64,000 nucleotides of DNA from an uncultured Hyphomicrobiales bacterium (GCA_964456755.1 CAYWCE010000004.1:7418-71417), one strand, 5' to 3'; shown: positions 30,915 to 41,826, counted from the stretch's first letter. Translations and numbers: made by a program. The notes: generated from the letters alone by a model not told the origin.

Positions 30915-31270
30915 TCCATTCCCTCCGAAACGTCCCGCCGGCGGCGCCGGTCCGGTTTGTTTGTTCTTGCGCCGTGCGAAACAGCGGATCGGATCGGGTG
31001 TCGCCCCCCTTTCCGGACGGTAGATTGAATGGGAAACGAACGCGGACGCAAGCGGCAACGCGATCCGCGGAAGACGACAACGCTGCAATCCTGTATGGTC
31101 GTTCACAATCGCGCGCCCGGGCCGCACGGAATGTCCGCCATTGGCCCGCGCGCCGGGAGCACCTAAATGAAGGTGCGTCTCGACAAGGAGCGCCTTGACC
31201 GGCGGGCCGGCAGTTGTCCCGCCTGCCGGCAAACCGGCAGTTCGTCACCGACCCGCAACCGGCACAGGCC

Positions 31271-31600
31271 ATGAGCGAGAACGAAAATCCCGCAGAATCC
31301 GACGGCCGCGTCGTGCCGCTGCGCCGTGCGCCCGCGCGCGCGGACAAGGCCGCGCAGAGCGGTACGGGCGCCGACATGCGCGCCGACACCCTCGCCGGCT
31401 TCGGCGGGGGCGGCGGGGAGGACGATTATCGCCACCGCATGATCACCAATGTCGCGGGCCTGGCGGTCCTGGCGCTGCTGATTCTCGGCGGCATCTGGAT
31501 CGCCGACACCATGGCGTCGATCAAGAAGAACCAGGACTGTGTGCTGTCCGGACAGCGCGGCTGTACCCCGGTCGACGCCCCGCCGCCGCGACGCTGGTAG
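31271..31600 (+). CDS. Small single-TM hypothetical protein
   Basis: DDYRHRMITN, TM helix, then NQDCVLSGQRGC. Confidence 0.7.
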   Translation: MSENENPAESDGRVVPLRRAPARADKAAQSGTGADMRADTLAGFGGGGGEDDYRHRMITNVAGLAVLALLILGGIWIADTMASIKKNQDCVLSGQRGCTPVDAPPPRRW

Positions 31601-31726
31601 CGCCGGCGGAGGCGGCGCCAAACAATCCGCCCCGTGCAGACGGCACCCATTGCCGCCCCGGCGGGGCGCCAGTATCGTCACATCAATGAAAAGAAGCCGT
31701 GCCATGACGGCTTGGGAGGAGGAGCC

Positions 31727-32773
31727 ATGAGACCCTTCGGTAAACGTTTCGGCGCCGCGGCGCTCGGCGCGACGCTTGCGGCATTCGTCGCCGACGCCGC
31801 TTTTGCGCAGGCCGACGCCTGCAAGAATCGCGGCCAGCTCGACACGCTCTATTGCGACGACAACAACGACCTCGTCGCCGACGCGCCGAAAGATCCGAAA
31901 AACTGGAAGGATCCATCGACGCTCGTCTTTGCCTATACCCCGGTCGAGGATCCGGCGGTCTATGCCAATATCTTCAAGCCATTCACCGACTATCTCACCC
32001 AGTGCACCGGCAAGCGCGTGGTCTATTACCCGGTGCAGTCGAATTCCGCGCAAATCGAGGCGATGCGTTCGGGCCGCCTGCATGTGGCGGGCTTCTCGAC
32101 CGGACCGACCGGCTTTGCGGTCAACCTCGCCGGCGCAATACCCTTCGCCGCCAAGGGGACCGAAAAGCAGTTGCGCGGCTACCAGCTGCTCGCGCTGGTG
32201 AAGTCGGACAGCCCCTACCAGAAGCTGTCCGACCTGAAGGGCAAGCGCGTCGCGCACACTTCGCCCTCCTCCAATTCCGGCAATCTCGCTCCGCGCGTCC
32301 TGTTCCCGCCCGAGGGGCTGAAGCCTGACGACGACTACAAGCCGCTGATGTCGGGCGGCCACGACAAGTCGACGCTCGGCGTCGCCTCCGGCGACTACGA
32401 CATGGCTCCGGTCGCCTCCGACGTGTTCGAGCGCATGGTCACGCGCGGCACGGTGAAGGGCGGCGATTTTCGCATCATCTACAAGAGTCCGGTTTTCCCG
32501 ACCTCCTCCTTCGCCTATGCGCACGACCTGAAGCCGGAACTCGCCAAGAAGCTGGTCGACTGCTTCTACGCCTATCGCTTCCCGCCGGACATGCAGAAGG
32601 AATTCAACGGCGACGACCGCTTCTTCCCGATCACCTACAAGGAGACCTGGGCTGTGGTGCGCGACGTGGCGGAGAAGACCGGCACGCCCTACAACAAGGC
32701 GGCCTACGACGCCGAGGCAAGGCGCGAGGCGGAAGCCGCAGCAAAGAAGGCGCAGCAGAAGAAGCCGCAATAG
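31727..32773 (+). CDS. phnD: Phosphate/phosphite/phosphonate ABC transporter substrate-binding protein
   Basis: Signal peptide; [35 protein letters not shown]; GGAGGA RBS. Confidence 0.85.
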   Translation: MRPFGKRFGAAALGATLAAFVADAAFAQADACKNRGQLDTLYCDDNNDLVADAPKDPKNWKDPSTLVFAYTPVEDPAVYANIFKPFTDYLTQCTGKRVVYYPVQSNSAQIEAMRSGRLHVAGFSTGPTGFAVNLAGAIPFAAKGTEKQLRGYQLLALVKSDSPYQKLSDLKGKRVAHTSPSSNSGNLAPRVLFPPEGLKPDDDYKPLMSGGHDKSTLGVASGDYDMAPVASDVFERMVTRGTVKGGDFRIIYKSPVFPTSSFAYAHDLKPELAKKLVDCFYAYRFPPDMQKEFNGDDRFFPITYKETWAVVRDVAEKTGTPYNKAAYDAEARREAEAAAKKAQQKKPQ

Positions 32774-32787
32774 CGGCGTCCCCCGAC

Positions 32788-33591
32788 ATGGACGCCTCAG
32801 CACCGCTGCGTTCGGCGGCGGCCGGCGAGCATCCCGGCCGCGCCCTTTCCGTTCGCAATCTTTGCAAGGAGTACCGGCCCGGCGTGCCGGTGCTCAAGGA
32901 CATCACGCTCGATTTCGCCGCCCGCGGCATGACCGCCATCATCGGCCCCTCCGGCACCGGCAAGTCCACGCTGATCCGCTGCATCAACCGGCTGGTCGAC
33001 CCGACCTCCGGCCAGATTCTGTTCCTCGGCAAAGACCTTGCCAGGCTGCGCGGCAGGGAATTGCGGCAGGCGCGGCGGCGCATCGGCATGGTGTTCCAGG
33101 AATACAACCTGGTGGAACGGCTGAGCGTGATCGAGAATGTGCTGTGCGGCCGGCTCGGCTATATCCCGGTCTGGCGCGCCTGGCTGCGCAAGTTTTCCGC
33201 CGCCGACATCGAGCACGCCTTCGCATTGCTCGAGGCGGTGGGGCTTTCGGATTTCGCCAACCAGCGCGCCGACCAGCTTTCCGGCGGCCAGCGCCAGCGC
33301 GTCGGCATCGCGCGCGCGCTGATGCAGGATCCCGACCTGATTCTCGCCGACGAGCCGACCTCCTCGCTCGATCCCAAAACCTCGGTCGAGATCATGGAAC
33401 TGATGGTGCGTCGCGCGGGCGAACGCGACATCCCCGTCATCGTCAACATCCATAATGTCGATCTGGGCCGCCGCTTTGCCGATCGGGTGGTCGGCATGTC
33501 GAAGGGCGAGATCGTCTTCGACGGCGCGCCGCAGCAGCTCGAGGATTCCGGCCTGCTGAAAATCTACGGCGGCGAGGGCTGGCTCGAATGA
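32788..33591 (+). CDS. phnC: Phosphonate ABC transporter ATP-binding protein
   Basis: [50 protein letters not shown]. Confidence 0.9.
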   Translation: MDASAPLRSAAAGEHPGRALSVRNLCKEYRPGVPVLKDITLDFAARGMTAIIGPSGTGKSTLIRCINRLVDPTSGQILFLGKDLARLRGRELRQARRRIGMVFQEYNLVERLSVIENVLCGRLGYIPVWRAWLRKFSAADIEHAFALLEAVGLSDFANQRADQLSGGQRQRVGIARALMQDPDLILADEPTSSLDPKTSVEIMELMVRRAGERDIPVIVNIHNVDLGRRFADRVVGMSKGEIVFDGAPQQLEDSGLLKIYGGEGWLE

Positions 33592-34391
33592 GCGCGGCGC
33601 CGCGGGCGGGCGCATGGCGCCGCAGGGCGTTTCCGGTCAACTGGCCGGCGCGGCTCGGCCTCGCCGCGCTCGCGCTCTATGCCGTCTATGCCGCGCAGAT
33701 CGTCGACCTCACCTGGGGACGCTTTCTCATCGGCATCGACCAGGGCGGGCGCTTTCTCTCGCGCATGTTCCCGCCCGACATCGCCGCCGACAAGCTCGAC
33801 CTTCTGCGCACGGGCATGCAGGAAAGCCTGCAGATCGCCATTCTTGCCACCGTGTTCGGCACGCTGGTGTCGCTGCCGCTCGGGATTGCCGCCGCACGCA
33901 ACATCGCGCCGATGCCGGTCGCCTGGATCGCACGCACTGCGATCGTCATCGCGCGCACCTTTCATCCGGTCATCGTCGCCATCCTGTTCGTCAAGGCGGT
34001 CGGGTTCGGCGCGCTGGCCGGCGTGCTGGCGCTGACCGTCGCCTCGGTCGGCTTCGTCTCCAAACTCGTCGCCGATGCCGTCGAGGAAACCTCGATGAAC
34101 CAGATCGAGGCGGTGCGCGCGACCGGCGCATCGTTCGCAGGGATCGTGATCATGGGGCTGTTTCCGCAAATCATCCCGCGCTTCATCGGTTTCACCGCCT
34201 ACGAGCTGGACGCCAACCTGCGCAATTCGGCGCTGGTCGGCATCGTCGGCGGCGGCGGTATCGGCGCGACCCTGTTCACCGCTTTCCAGCGCTTCGACTA
34301 CGATTTCGTGCTCACCATCATCCTCACCGTCATCGCGCTGGTGATGATCGGCGAAGTAATCTCCGGATGGATGCGGAGGCTGGTGCAGTGA
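33588..34391 (+). CDS. phnE: Phosphonate ABC transporter permease
   Basis: [36 protein letters not shown]. Confidence 0.88.
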   Translation: MSAAPRAGAWRRRAFPVNWPARLGLAALALYAVYAAQIVDLTWGRFLIGIDQGGRFLSRMFPPDIAADKLDLLRTGMQESLQIAILATVFGTLVSLPLGIAAARNIAPMPVAWIARTAIVIARTFHPVIVAILFVKAVGFGALAGVLALTVASVGFVSKLVADAVEETSMNQIEAVRATGASFAGIVIMGLFPQIIPRFIGFTAYELDANLRNSALVGIVGGGGIGATLFTAFQRFDYDFVLTIILTVIALVMIGEVISGWMRRLVQ

Positions 34392-35218
34392 CCACGGCCG
34401 ACGGCCTGCCGTCCGGCGCAGCCGGGACGCGGATGCGAAAATGGCAGCGCTTCACGCCGCTGGAACGTCTGACCCGCAGCGGCTTCTATCTGCTGACCCT
34501 GCTTGCGGTGATCTGGGCGCTGCGCACGATCGAGATCATTCCCGAATTTCTCTACGACGCCCCGCAGCAGACCGCCGACCTGTTCGCGCGCATGTGGCCG
34601 ATCGACTGGGCCTGGTATCCGCAGGTGGTGCACGAAGCGCTGATCGAGACGCTGCATACCGCTACCCTCGGCACGATGCTGGCGATTGCGCTTGCCGCCC
34701 CGGTGGCGCTGATCGTCGCGCGCAACATCACCGGCTCGGCGATCCTCAACAATGTCGGCCGCTTCATCCTGGTCGCCACGCGCTCGGTGCATTCGCTGAT
34801 GTGGGCGCTGCTGTTCGTGGCCGTATTCGGGCCCGGCGCGCTGGCCGGCATGCTGGCGATCGCGATCCATTCGATCGGCTTTACCGGCAAGTTCCTCTCC
34901 GAGGCGATCGAGGAGGCCAAACCGGGGCCGATCGAAGCGCTGAGAGCGGCAGGCGCGCCCCCGCTGGCCATTCTCGTCAAGGGCTACTGGCCGCAGGTCA
35001 AACCCGCCTTCCTCGCCATCGCCATCTTCCGCTGGGACATCAATGTGCGCGAATCCGCCGTACTCGGCCTTGTCGGCGGCGGCGGACTGGGCATGGCGCT
35101 CGATACCGCGCTGTCCAACCTGTACTGGGATCAGGCCGGACTCGTGCTGTTCGTGATTTTCGTGGTGGTGATCGCCACCGAAATCGCGACAGGGTGGCTG
35201 CGCAATCGAATCATCTGA
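34388..35218 (+). CDS. phnE: Phosphonate ABC transporter permease (second copy)
   Basis: GTG 34388 overlaps the previous stop; FGPGALAG, KFLSEAIEE, RWDINVRESAVLGLVGGGGLG. Confidence 0.88.
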   Translation: MTTADGLPSGAAGTRMRKWQRFTPLERLTRSGFYLLTLLAVIWALRTIEIIPEFLYDAPQQTADLFARMWPIDWAWYPQVVHEALIETLHTATLGTMLAIALAAPVALIVARNITGSAILNNVGRFILVATRSVHSLMWALLFVAVFGPGALAGMLAIAIHSIGFTGKFLSEAIEEAKPGPIEALRAAGAPPLAILVKGYWPQVKPAFLAIAIFRWDINVRESAVLGLVGGGGLGMALDTALSNLYWDQAGLVLFVIFVVVIATEIATGWLRNRII

Positions 35219-35240
35219 ACGCCGTAGCCCGCCGGCAACG

Positions 35241-35273
35241 AAAAACCCGGCAGGCTTGCGGCCGGCCGGGTTT
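35241..35273. terminator. Bidirectional terminator-like hairpin between convergent genes
   Basis: AAACCCGGC (35243-35251) / GCCGGGTTT (35265-35273) with flanking A and T runs. Confidence 0.6.
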
Positions 35274-35293
35274 GTCCGATTGGCGTTTTCCGA

Positions 35294-36211
35294 TCAGAGC
35301 GGAAGCCGCTGCCGCGGCTTGTCCCGCGTCGGCACCGCCTGCGGGACTGCCGCCGGTGTCGGCGCAGGCGTTCGGGCTGCGGGCTGCGCCGCGGCGCGGC
35401 TGTCTGCGCCGTCGGCCTTGTCCTCGTCGGAGGCGCCGGAAGTGGCCGAAGCGGGCTTGACCGGCGGGGTCGGCGGGGTCGGCGCGGCGGCGGGTGTCGC
35501 AGCCGGCTTGTCCTGCGAACTGACGGAGGAGGCCGGCTTGGCCTCGGCCGGCGCGGGCTGCGCCTGACGCGGACCGCCACGGCCGACGACGCCGACCACC
35601 TTGTTGATCACCATGTTGTGCAGCCGCGGCGACTTGTCGATGTCGGTGTGGCCATAGCCCTGGCCGCTGACGTCGATATTCTGCAACTCGCCGCGGAAGC
35701 CCGGGCCGCGACGCATATAGGCGTAATCGCGCTGGGTGAGATTCATTACGCGCGAGACGTTGGAGGAGGCGGCAAACGATCCGGTGCCGTCGAACGGCAC
35801 GATGAGCGCCACCGGCACGCCCTTCTTGCCGAGATATTCGCCCATGAACATCACGGCGTCGGCGCCGAGCGAATGACCGATGAGAACGACGGCGCCATGA
35901 CGCCCGGCCTTGTAGCGGGCGGCGATGTCGTTGGCGAGCGATTCCCATTCCGCATGGTTATGTACGCTGGTGCGCACGCCGCGCTTTTCGAGCTTCTGCG
36001 CGAGATCGTCCATGCCGAGGGAGAAGATGTTGAGCAGGCCGCGTAGCAGATAGACATGCGCGCCGCCGGAGCCGGGACGCGGATTGCTGGCCGGCTTCGC
36101 CGCCGGCTTCTCGGCCGCAGCGATGGTCTGACCCTGAGCCGGCAGTGCGAAAGCAAAAAAGGCCAGCGCGATGGCCGCCGCTGTCGCTGGCAATCGGAAT
36201 TTGCTGATCAT
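35294..36211 (-). CDS. Secreted alpha/beta-hydrolase-fold protein with Ala/Pro-rich tail
   Basis: Signal peptide; VYLLRGLLNIFSLGMD, IGHSLGA, GHTDIDK; low-complexity C-terminus. Confidence 0.75.
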   Translation of the reverse strand: MISKFRLPATAAAIALAFFAFALPAQGQTIAAAEKPAAKPASNPRPGSGGAHVYLLRGLLNIFSLGMDDLAQKLEKRGVRTSVHNHAEWESLANDIAARYKAGRHGAVVLIGHSLGADAVMFMGEYLGKKGVPVALIVPFDGTGSFAASSNVSRVMNLTQRDYAYMRRGPGFRGELQNIDVSGQGYGHTDIDKSPRLHNMVINKVVGVVGRGGPRQAQPAPAEAKPASSVSSQDKPAATPAAAPTPPTPPVKPASATSGASDEDKADGADSRAAAQPAARTPAPTPAAVPQAVPTRDKPRQRLPL

Positions 36212-36439
36212 TTGCCGCCCAAGCTCCAAGACCTGTATCTGAAAGACCTGTATCCGACCTGGTTTGACCTGATCTGAAAAACAGCGCCCGGACTGCCCCC
36301 CATAGAGCCCGGGCGCTGTCCGATTTATAGCGGGTCGAAACGCGGTTGCCACACTAGGCTGCGGGAATTTACCCAAACTTTTGCGGTGTTGCAGGGATGT
36401 CACGGCCGCGCGAGCGAGAGGTCGCATCCCCCGCGGCGC

Positions 36440-37024
36440 TCAATAAATCCAGGGTACGACCCGCGCCGTGCGCGACATATAGGCCCGGTATTCCTCGCCA
36501 AACGTCTCCAGCATCATGCGTTCCTCCCGTCCCACACGGCAGAAGAACAGGATGCCGAATCCGGCAAAGCCCGCGAATCCTGCGATCCAGTTCGGCAGCA
36601 GCAGCGCCTGCGCCAGCGCCCACAGGAAAAACGCCGAATACATCGGGTGACGGACATGGCGGTAGAGGCCGTCGGTCACGAGCGTGTGGCGTTCGCGCAC
36701 CTCCAGCGAATCGGACCAGTTGCGGCCCAGCTCGCGATGCACCCGGTAGAACAGCCATAGGGAGGCCGCGAACACTGCCGTGCCCAACCATGCCAGCAAC
36801 GGCTGGAACGGATAGTCGGCGAATCGCGGAAAGCCGGTGAACGCATAAGCGAAGGGGACGATTCCCAGTCCGGTGAATGAGCCGGTGAGCAGCAGCTTTT
36901 CCCGCAAGTTGCGCTGGCTGTGGCGAACCGCGGTTTTCCAGGAGCGGCGCTGGTGCGGAAGACGGATGACGAACCAGGACACTGCGCCGGCGATCAGGAT
37001 CATCTTCGCTGCGAAAGCGGTCAT
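36440..37024 (-). CDS. Isoprenylcysteine carboxyl methyltransferase family protein
   Basis: LGRNWS, HTLVTDGLYRHVRHPMY, REERMM, FGEEYRAY. Confidence 0.9.
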   Translation of the reverse strand: MTAFAAKMILIAGAVSWFVIRLPHQRRSWKTAVRHSQRNLREKLLLTGSFTGLGIVPFAYAFTGFPRFADYPFQPLLAWLGTAVFAASLWLFYRVHRELGRNWSDSLEVRERHTLVTDGLYRHVRHPMYSAFFLWALAQALLLPNWIAGFAGFAGFGILFFCRVGREERMMLETFGEEYRAYMSRTARVVPWIY

Positions 37025-38244
37025 TGCGATTGCGCCTCTTGCCGTTCGGCTGCCGGATCCGCGAGCAGGCTGCCGTCGCCGGCGAAAGCCACCACGCGCG
37101 CGGGATCGCTGACGCGGGTGGCCAGCCGGAACGGGCCGCAGCAGACCATGAAATAGTCGTAGAAGTAGCGTTTGTCGTTGCCCATGACGAGCTGGCGGTG
37201 CAGCCGGAAGAAATTGCCCTTGAAGCGCCGATAGGTCGCCCGCTCGAGCATGTCGCGCACATGCACGCGCCGCACCTGCGGTCGCCCGGTATCGGGAAGC
37301 CCGAGCGCGGTCACCGGGTGAACCTTGTAGAAGCTGATGACGTCCACCATGGTCTGGTATTCGGCCCAGAACACATTCGTATTCCGGGAGACGCGCTCCA
37401 CCGCCGCGCGCAGCCAGTCCGCGGCCGGATGCAGCGCGATCTTGAGCAGCGAGGAGCCGGTCGAGACCATGTTGAGGCGGTTTCGCAGCGGCCCGTTAGC
37501 AGCGGCGCGCTGCAGCGCGCGATCGGCAACGTCGAGCTTGAGCGCGCAGCCGAGGCTGTGGCCGGCGAAGACGATTTCGTCGAAGGCGGGATCGTCGAGC
37601 CGGGCGGCGAGATCGGCCGCGAACAGATCGAGGCGCGCATCGAGGCCGGGCCGCGTGCGGTGCACCAGTTCGCCGGCGAATATCCAGTCGTCGAGCATAT
37701 AGGCCAGGAGCAGGTAACGCCCCGGCAGCGACACCAGCGCGGCAAATACAGCGGCGGCGAGGACGGGCGCGGTCAGAACCGGCCAGGGCAGACCGAGGCC
37801 GACGGCAACGAACGCCGCCGAAACGGCAAGCGCGGCAAAGGCGATCAGGATCGCGACCGGATAGGCGAAGAATAATCCGTAGCGCCAGTTGACCGCAAAA
37901 TAGCGAAATGCCGTGCCCGAGCCGAAAAAGTCGGCAAAGGCGCGCAGCGCCAGCGGCAGCCGCACCCAGTCCGGCCGCGCAAAGTCCTTCTCCACCAGAT
38001 CGGCCCAGATCAGCGAGCGGTATTCGGTCTCGACCGACCAGTTCGGCCCGCGTGCGGTCACCGTCCAGGCGGCGATCGCACCGTCGCGCTCCAGCGTCAT
38101 TGCCGAGACGGTAGCCGAGACGTTCCAGGCGCGCTCAAAGCGGCGCAATTCGCGCTGGAAGCGCTCATGCTGCCAGGCCGGCGCGATCGGTTCGTAGCCG
38201 CCAAGAAAAAAGACGCAGCGCCGCCCGACCTCAGCCCCGTTCAT
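37021..38244 (-). CDS. Membrane-associated alpha/beta-hydrolase-like hypothetical protein
   Basis: VFFLGGYEP, two central TM helices, FAGHSLG nucleophile elbow, FFRLHRQ; overlaps the ICMT start (ATGA). Confidence 0.7.
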   Translation of the reverse strand: MNGAEVGRRCVFFLGGYEPIAPAWQHERFQRELRRFERAWNVSATVSAMTLERDGAIAAWTVTARGPNWSVETEYRSLIWADLVEKDFARPDWVRLPLALRAFADFFGSGTAFRYFAVNWRYGLFFAYPVAILIAFAALAVSAAFVAVGLGLPWPVLTAPVLAAAVFAALVSLPGRYLLLAYMLDDWIFAGELVHRTRPGLDARLDLFAADLAARLDDPAFDEIVFAGHSLGCALKLDVADRALQRAAANGPLRNRLNMVSTGSSLLKIALHPAADWLRAAVERVSRNTNVFWAEYQTMVDVISFYKVHPVTALGLPDTGRPQVRRVHVRDMLERATYRRFKGNFFRLHRQLVMGNDKRYFYDYFMVCCGPFRLATRVSDPARVVAFAGDGSLLADPAAERQEAQSQ

Positions 38245-38547
38245 GCTGCCCCCTCTTCCCCCCGGGGAGCGGACCGAAGTCCCATTCCGGGCCCGCGCGG
38301 GGGGCCGGCGCCGGCACTGCTGCAATCCACGTCACGGCCCTCCCCCGGATGACACGAAAACCGCAGGCTGGTTAGGGAAACTGGCCCGATTGTTCAAGCG
38401 ATTGGGCCAAAAAGCCGCGCGGCGGCGTTGAAACGGGGGCCTACCTTCGCTATAGGGGCTTCCCAAATCCACCAGCGGCAGCCCAGCCGTCCGTTGCGCC
38501 GGAGCCGTTATGCCCGCCCCGGCTGCAGTGGTTACTTGAGAGCGCCA

Positions 38548-38829
38548 ATGTCCAGCACGTTCGATAAAGTCGCCGACATCATTGCCGAGACCTGCGACAT
38601 CCCGCGCGACACCATTACGCCGGACAGTCATACCATCGACGATTTGAAGATCGACAGCCTCGACTTCCTCGACATCGCCTTTGCCATCGACAAGGCCTTC
38701 GGCATCAAGCTGCCGATCGAGCAATGGACGCAGAAGATCAACGACGGTCAGGCGACGACCGAGCAGTTTTTCGTAATGAAGAATCTCTGCGCGCGCATCG
38801 ACGAACTGATCGCCGCAAAAGGCGCCTGA
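38548..38829 (+). CDS. acpXL: Specialised acyl carrier protein for very-long-chain fatty acid
   Basis: [38 protein letters not shown]. Confidence 0.93.
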   Translation: MSSTFDKVADIIAETCDIPRDTITPDSHTIDDLKIDSLDFLDIAFAIDKAFGIKLPIEQWTQKINDGQATTEQFFVMKNLCARIDELIAAKGA

Positions 38830-38885
38830 TCGCGCGGCGGCCGGCCTGACCCGGCCGGGCGACGATCCATCCGGGTAGGGGACAG

Positions 38886-39356
38886 ATGCGGCTTGAATAT
38901 TTCCAGATGCTCGACCGTTTCGTCGAGGTCAAAGCGGACGAGCGCTGGATCAAGGCGGAAAGCAAAGTCCCGATGCAAAGCCCGGTCTTCGAGGGCCATT
39001 TCCCCGGCTTTCCGCTGATGCCCGGCGTGCTGCTGATCGAGAACATGGCTCAGACCTGCGGCTGGCTGGTCAGCGCGATCACCGGCTTCACCGGCCTGCC
39101 GGTGCTGGCGGGCGTGAAGGAAGCCAAGGTGCGCGCTGCGGTCTATCCCGGCATGGATCTGACCACCGAGGGCAAGATCGTGCATGAGGGCTCCGGCTTT
39201 GCCATCGCCGACGGCAGCATCAAGTCGAAAGACGGCGCGGTCGCCGACGCACGCCTGACCTACCGGCTGATTCCCTACCCGTCGCCGGAATTTCAGAACA
39301 CGATGGTGACCTGGGCAAAACAACTCGATTTCCCGCTGCAGGAATTCAAGAAGTGA
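38886..39356 (+). CDS. fabZXL: 3-hydroxyacyl-ACP dehydratase (VLCFA pathway)
   Basis: FEGHFPGFPLMPGVLLIE; follows acpXL. Confidence 0.88.
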   Translation: MRLEYFQMLDRFVEVKADERWIKAESKVPMQSPVFEGHFPGFPLMPGVLLIENMAQTCGWLVSAITGFTGLPVLAGVKEAKVRAAVYPGMDLTTEGKIVHEGSGFAIADGSIKSKDGAVADARLTYRLIPYPSPEFQNTMVTWAKQLDFPLQEFKK

Positions 39357-40540
39357 GCGAGCGTCGCGAGGTCTGGATTACCGGCATCGGCCTGGTCACC
39401 GCGCTCGGCGAAGGGCTCGATCAGCACTGGCAGAAGCTGACCGCCGGCGGACCGCCGCCCTGCGACGACAAAACGTTCGCGCCCTATCTCACATTTCCGC
39501 TGGTGCCGGTGAATTTCGACACGCAGATCCCGAAAAAAGGCGATCAGCGGCAGATGGAGGCCTGGCAGCGCATCGGCGTCTATGCCGCCGGCCTCGCGCT
39601 GACCGATGCCGGCGTCGCCGGCAAGGCGGAAATCCTCGACCGGACCGACATGATCGTGGCTGCCGGCGGCGGCGAACGCGACATTGCCGTCGACAGCGCG
39701 ATCCTCTCCAGCATTCGCGACAGCAACGATCGCGATGCGCGGGTCAACGAGCGGCTGATGAGCGACCTGCGCCCCACCCTGTTCCTGGCGCAATTGCCCA
39801 ATCTGCTCGCCGGTAACATTTCCATCGTACACGGCGTGGTCGGCTCTTCGCGCACCTTCATGGGCGAAGAGGCGTCCGGCGTCGATGCGCTGCGGCTGGC
39901 GCATGCGCGCATCGCCGCGGGCCAGAGCGAAATCAGTCTGGTCGGCGGCGCGTATAACGGCACGCGCTGGGATCTGGTGCTGCTGTTCAAGCTCGGCACG
40001 CCTTTGCTGGAGGCGCCGTTCCGGCCGGTCTGGGACCGGGGCCCCGACGGGGCGATCGCGCTTGCCGCCATGGGCGCCTTTGTCGTGCTGGAAAGCCGCG
40101 CGCATGCGGAAAGCCGCGGCGCCAGGCCGCTTGCACGGCTCAATGCCGTTCTGTCCAGCCGCAACCTGCGCAACAGGGGCGAGTCGGAAGCCACCTTGCG
40201 CGCGGAATGGCAGGCGCTCGCCCCCGACGTGAAGAAGGACTGCGCGGTGGTGATTTCCGGCGCTTCCGGAGCGGAGCCGGCTACCGGCGAGGAAAAGAAG
40301 GTGCTGGCCGAGATCGGCCTTCCCGTCCGCGCCACCGCGACCCATATTGGCAACGGCATGGAGGCGCAGTTCCTCGCCAATGTCGCTCTCGGCTGCCAGG
40401 CGGTGCGCAGCGGCACACTGTTTCCGGGCTCGGGCAGCGGCGACACCGGGGAGACGCCGAAAGGCGGCATCTGCCAGGCGCTGGTCACCAGCGTCGGACA
40501 CTGGCGCGGCGAAGGGATGGCGCTGATCGAGCGCATCTGA
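39353..40540 (+). CDS. fabF2XL: Beta-ketoacyl-ACP synthase-like subunit (no catalytic Cys)
   Basis: VWITGIG, DQRQMEAWQRIGVYAAG, LRPTLFLAQL, RTFMGEEASG. Confidence 0.87.
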   Translation: MSERREVWITGIGLVTALGEGLDQHWQKLTAGGPPPCDDKTFAPYLTFPLVPVNFDTQIPKKGDQRQMEAWQRIGVYAAGLALTDAGVAGKAEILDRTDMIVAAGGGERDIAVDSAILSSIRDSNDRDARVNERLMSDLRPTLFLAQLPNLLAGNISIVHGVVGSSRTFMGEEASGVDALRLAHARIAAGQSEISLVGGAYNGTRWDLVLLFKLGTPLLEAPFRPVWDRGPDGAIALAAMGAFVVLESRAHAESRGARPLARLNAVLSSRNLRNRGESEATLRAEWQALAPDVKKDCAVVISGASGAEPATGEEKKVLAEIGLPVRATATHIGNGMEAQFLANVALGCQAVRSGTLFPGSGSGDTGETPKGGICQALVTSVGHWRGEGMALIERI

Positions 40541-40551
40541 TCGGGGGAGCA

Positions 40552-41826
40552 ATGGCACGGCGCGACAAGGCAGGACGTCCGGTTGTGGCGGTCACCGGCA
40601 TGGGCATCGTCAGCCCGCTCGGCACCGGCAAGGCCGACAACTGGAAGAAGCTGACCGCCGGCGAATCCGGCATCCGCAGCATCACGCGCTTTGCCACCGA
40701 AGGTCTGCGCACGACCATCGCCGGCACCGTCGATCACGTGTTCGAGGGCGGCATGGTGTCGTCCGAACTGTCGGAGAAGTTGGCCCGGCTCGCCGGCATG
40801 GAGGCGATCGAGGAGGCCGCCATCGGCTCCAAAGGCAACTTTCCGGGTCCGCTGTTTCTCGCCTTTCCGCCGATCGAGATCGAATGGCCGCATCGCTTCG
40901 CCATCGCGCAGGGCGCCGACAACGGCAACGGCATCGAATATCCCGATCTCGTGCGCGCGGCGACCAGGCCCGAATTCCACCGTTTCTACGAGGCGTCCAA
41001 ATACGGCGTCGTGCCCGACAAACTCGCCGAACATTTCGGCACACAAGGCTCGCCGATCGCGCTGACCACCGCCTGCGCCTCGGGCGCGACCGCAATCCAG
41101 CTCGGGCTGGAGGCGATCCGCCGCGGCGAATGCCAGGCCGCGCTCGCCATCGGCGCCGACGGCTCAATCACCGCGGAATCGGTGGTACGCTTCTCGCTGC
41201 TCTCGGCGCTGTCCACCAACAACGCCAACCCGCAGGGCGCCTCGCGCCCGTTCTCGAAAAACCGCGACGGCTTCGTGCTGGCGGAGGGCGCGGCGGCGCT
41301 GGTGCTGGAAGACTACGATCATGCGCTGGCGCGCGGAGCCGACATTCTGGCGATCGTGGAAGGCTGCGGCGAGAAGGCCGACAATTTCCACCGCACGCGG
41401 TCGAGCCCGGACGGGCGGCCGGTGATTTCCTGCATGCGCAACGCGCTTGCCGACGCCGGGGTAACGCCGCAGGACGTCGACTACATCAATGCGCACGGCA
41501 CTTCGACGCCGGAAAACGACAAAATGGAATATCTCGGGGTCTCCACCGTGTTCGGCGACAGTCTGAAAGACATTCCGATTTCCTCGAACAAGTCGATGGT
41601 CGGACATACGCTGACCGCCGCAGGCGCGATCGAGGCGGTGTTCTCGGCGCTGACCATTCTCAACCAGCGCATCCCGCCGACCATCAATTACCAGGTTCCC
41701 GACCCGGCCATCCCGCTCGACGTCGTTCCGAACCAGGCGCGCGACGCGACGGTGCGGCGCGTCATCTCCAATTCCTTCGGCTTCGGCGGACAGAATGTCT
41801 GCCTCGTGCTGAGCGCAGCGGCCTGA
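40552..41826 (+). CDS. fabF1XL: Beta-ketoacyl-ACP synthase
   Basis: TACASG, YINAHGTST, SNKSMVGH, SNSFGFGGQN. Confidence 0.9.
   Translation: MARRDKAGRPVVAVTGMGIVSPLGTGKADNWKKLTAGESGIRSITRFATEGLRTTIAGTVDHVFEGGMVSSELSEKLARLAGMEAIEEAAIGSKGNFPGPLFLAFPPIEIEWPHRFAIAQGADNGNGIEYPDLVRAATRPEFHRFYEASKYGVVPDKLAEHFGTQGSPIALTTACASGATAIQLGLEAIRRGECQAALAIGADGSITAESVVRFSLLSALSTNNANPQGASRPFSKNRDGFVLAEGAAALVLEDYDHALARGADILAIVEGCGEKADNFHRTRSSPDGRPVISCMRNALADAGVTPQDVDYINAHGTSTPENDKMEYLGVSTVFGDSLKDIPISSNKSMVGHTLTAAGAIEAVFSALTILNQRIPPTINYQVPDPAIPLDVVPNQARDATVRRVISNSFGFGGQNVCLVLSAAA

Noticed and set aside
39353-40540. Ketosynthase lacking the catalytic Cys as a pseudogene or novelty
   Set aside because: The ORF is intact, and a degenerate first FabF is the usual arrangement in acpXL-lpxXL clusters.
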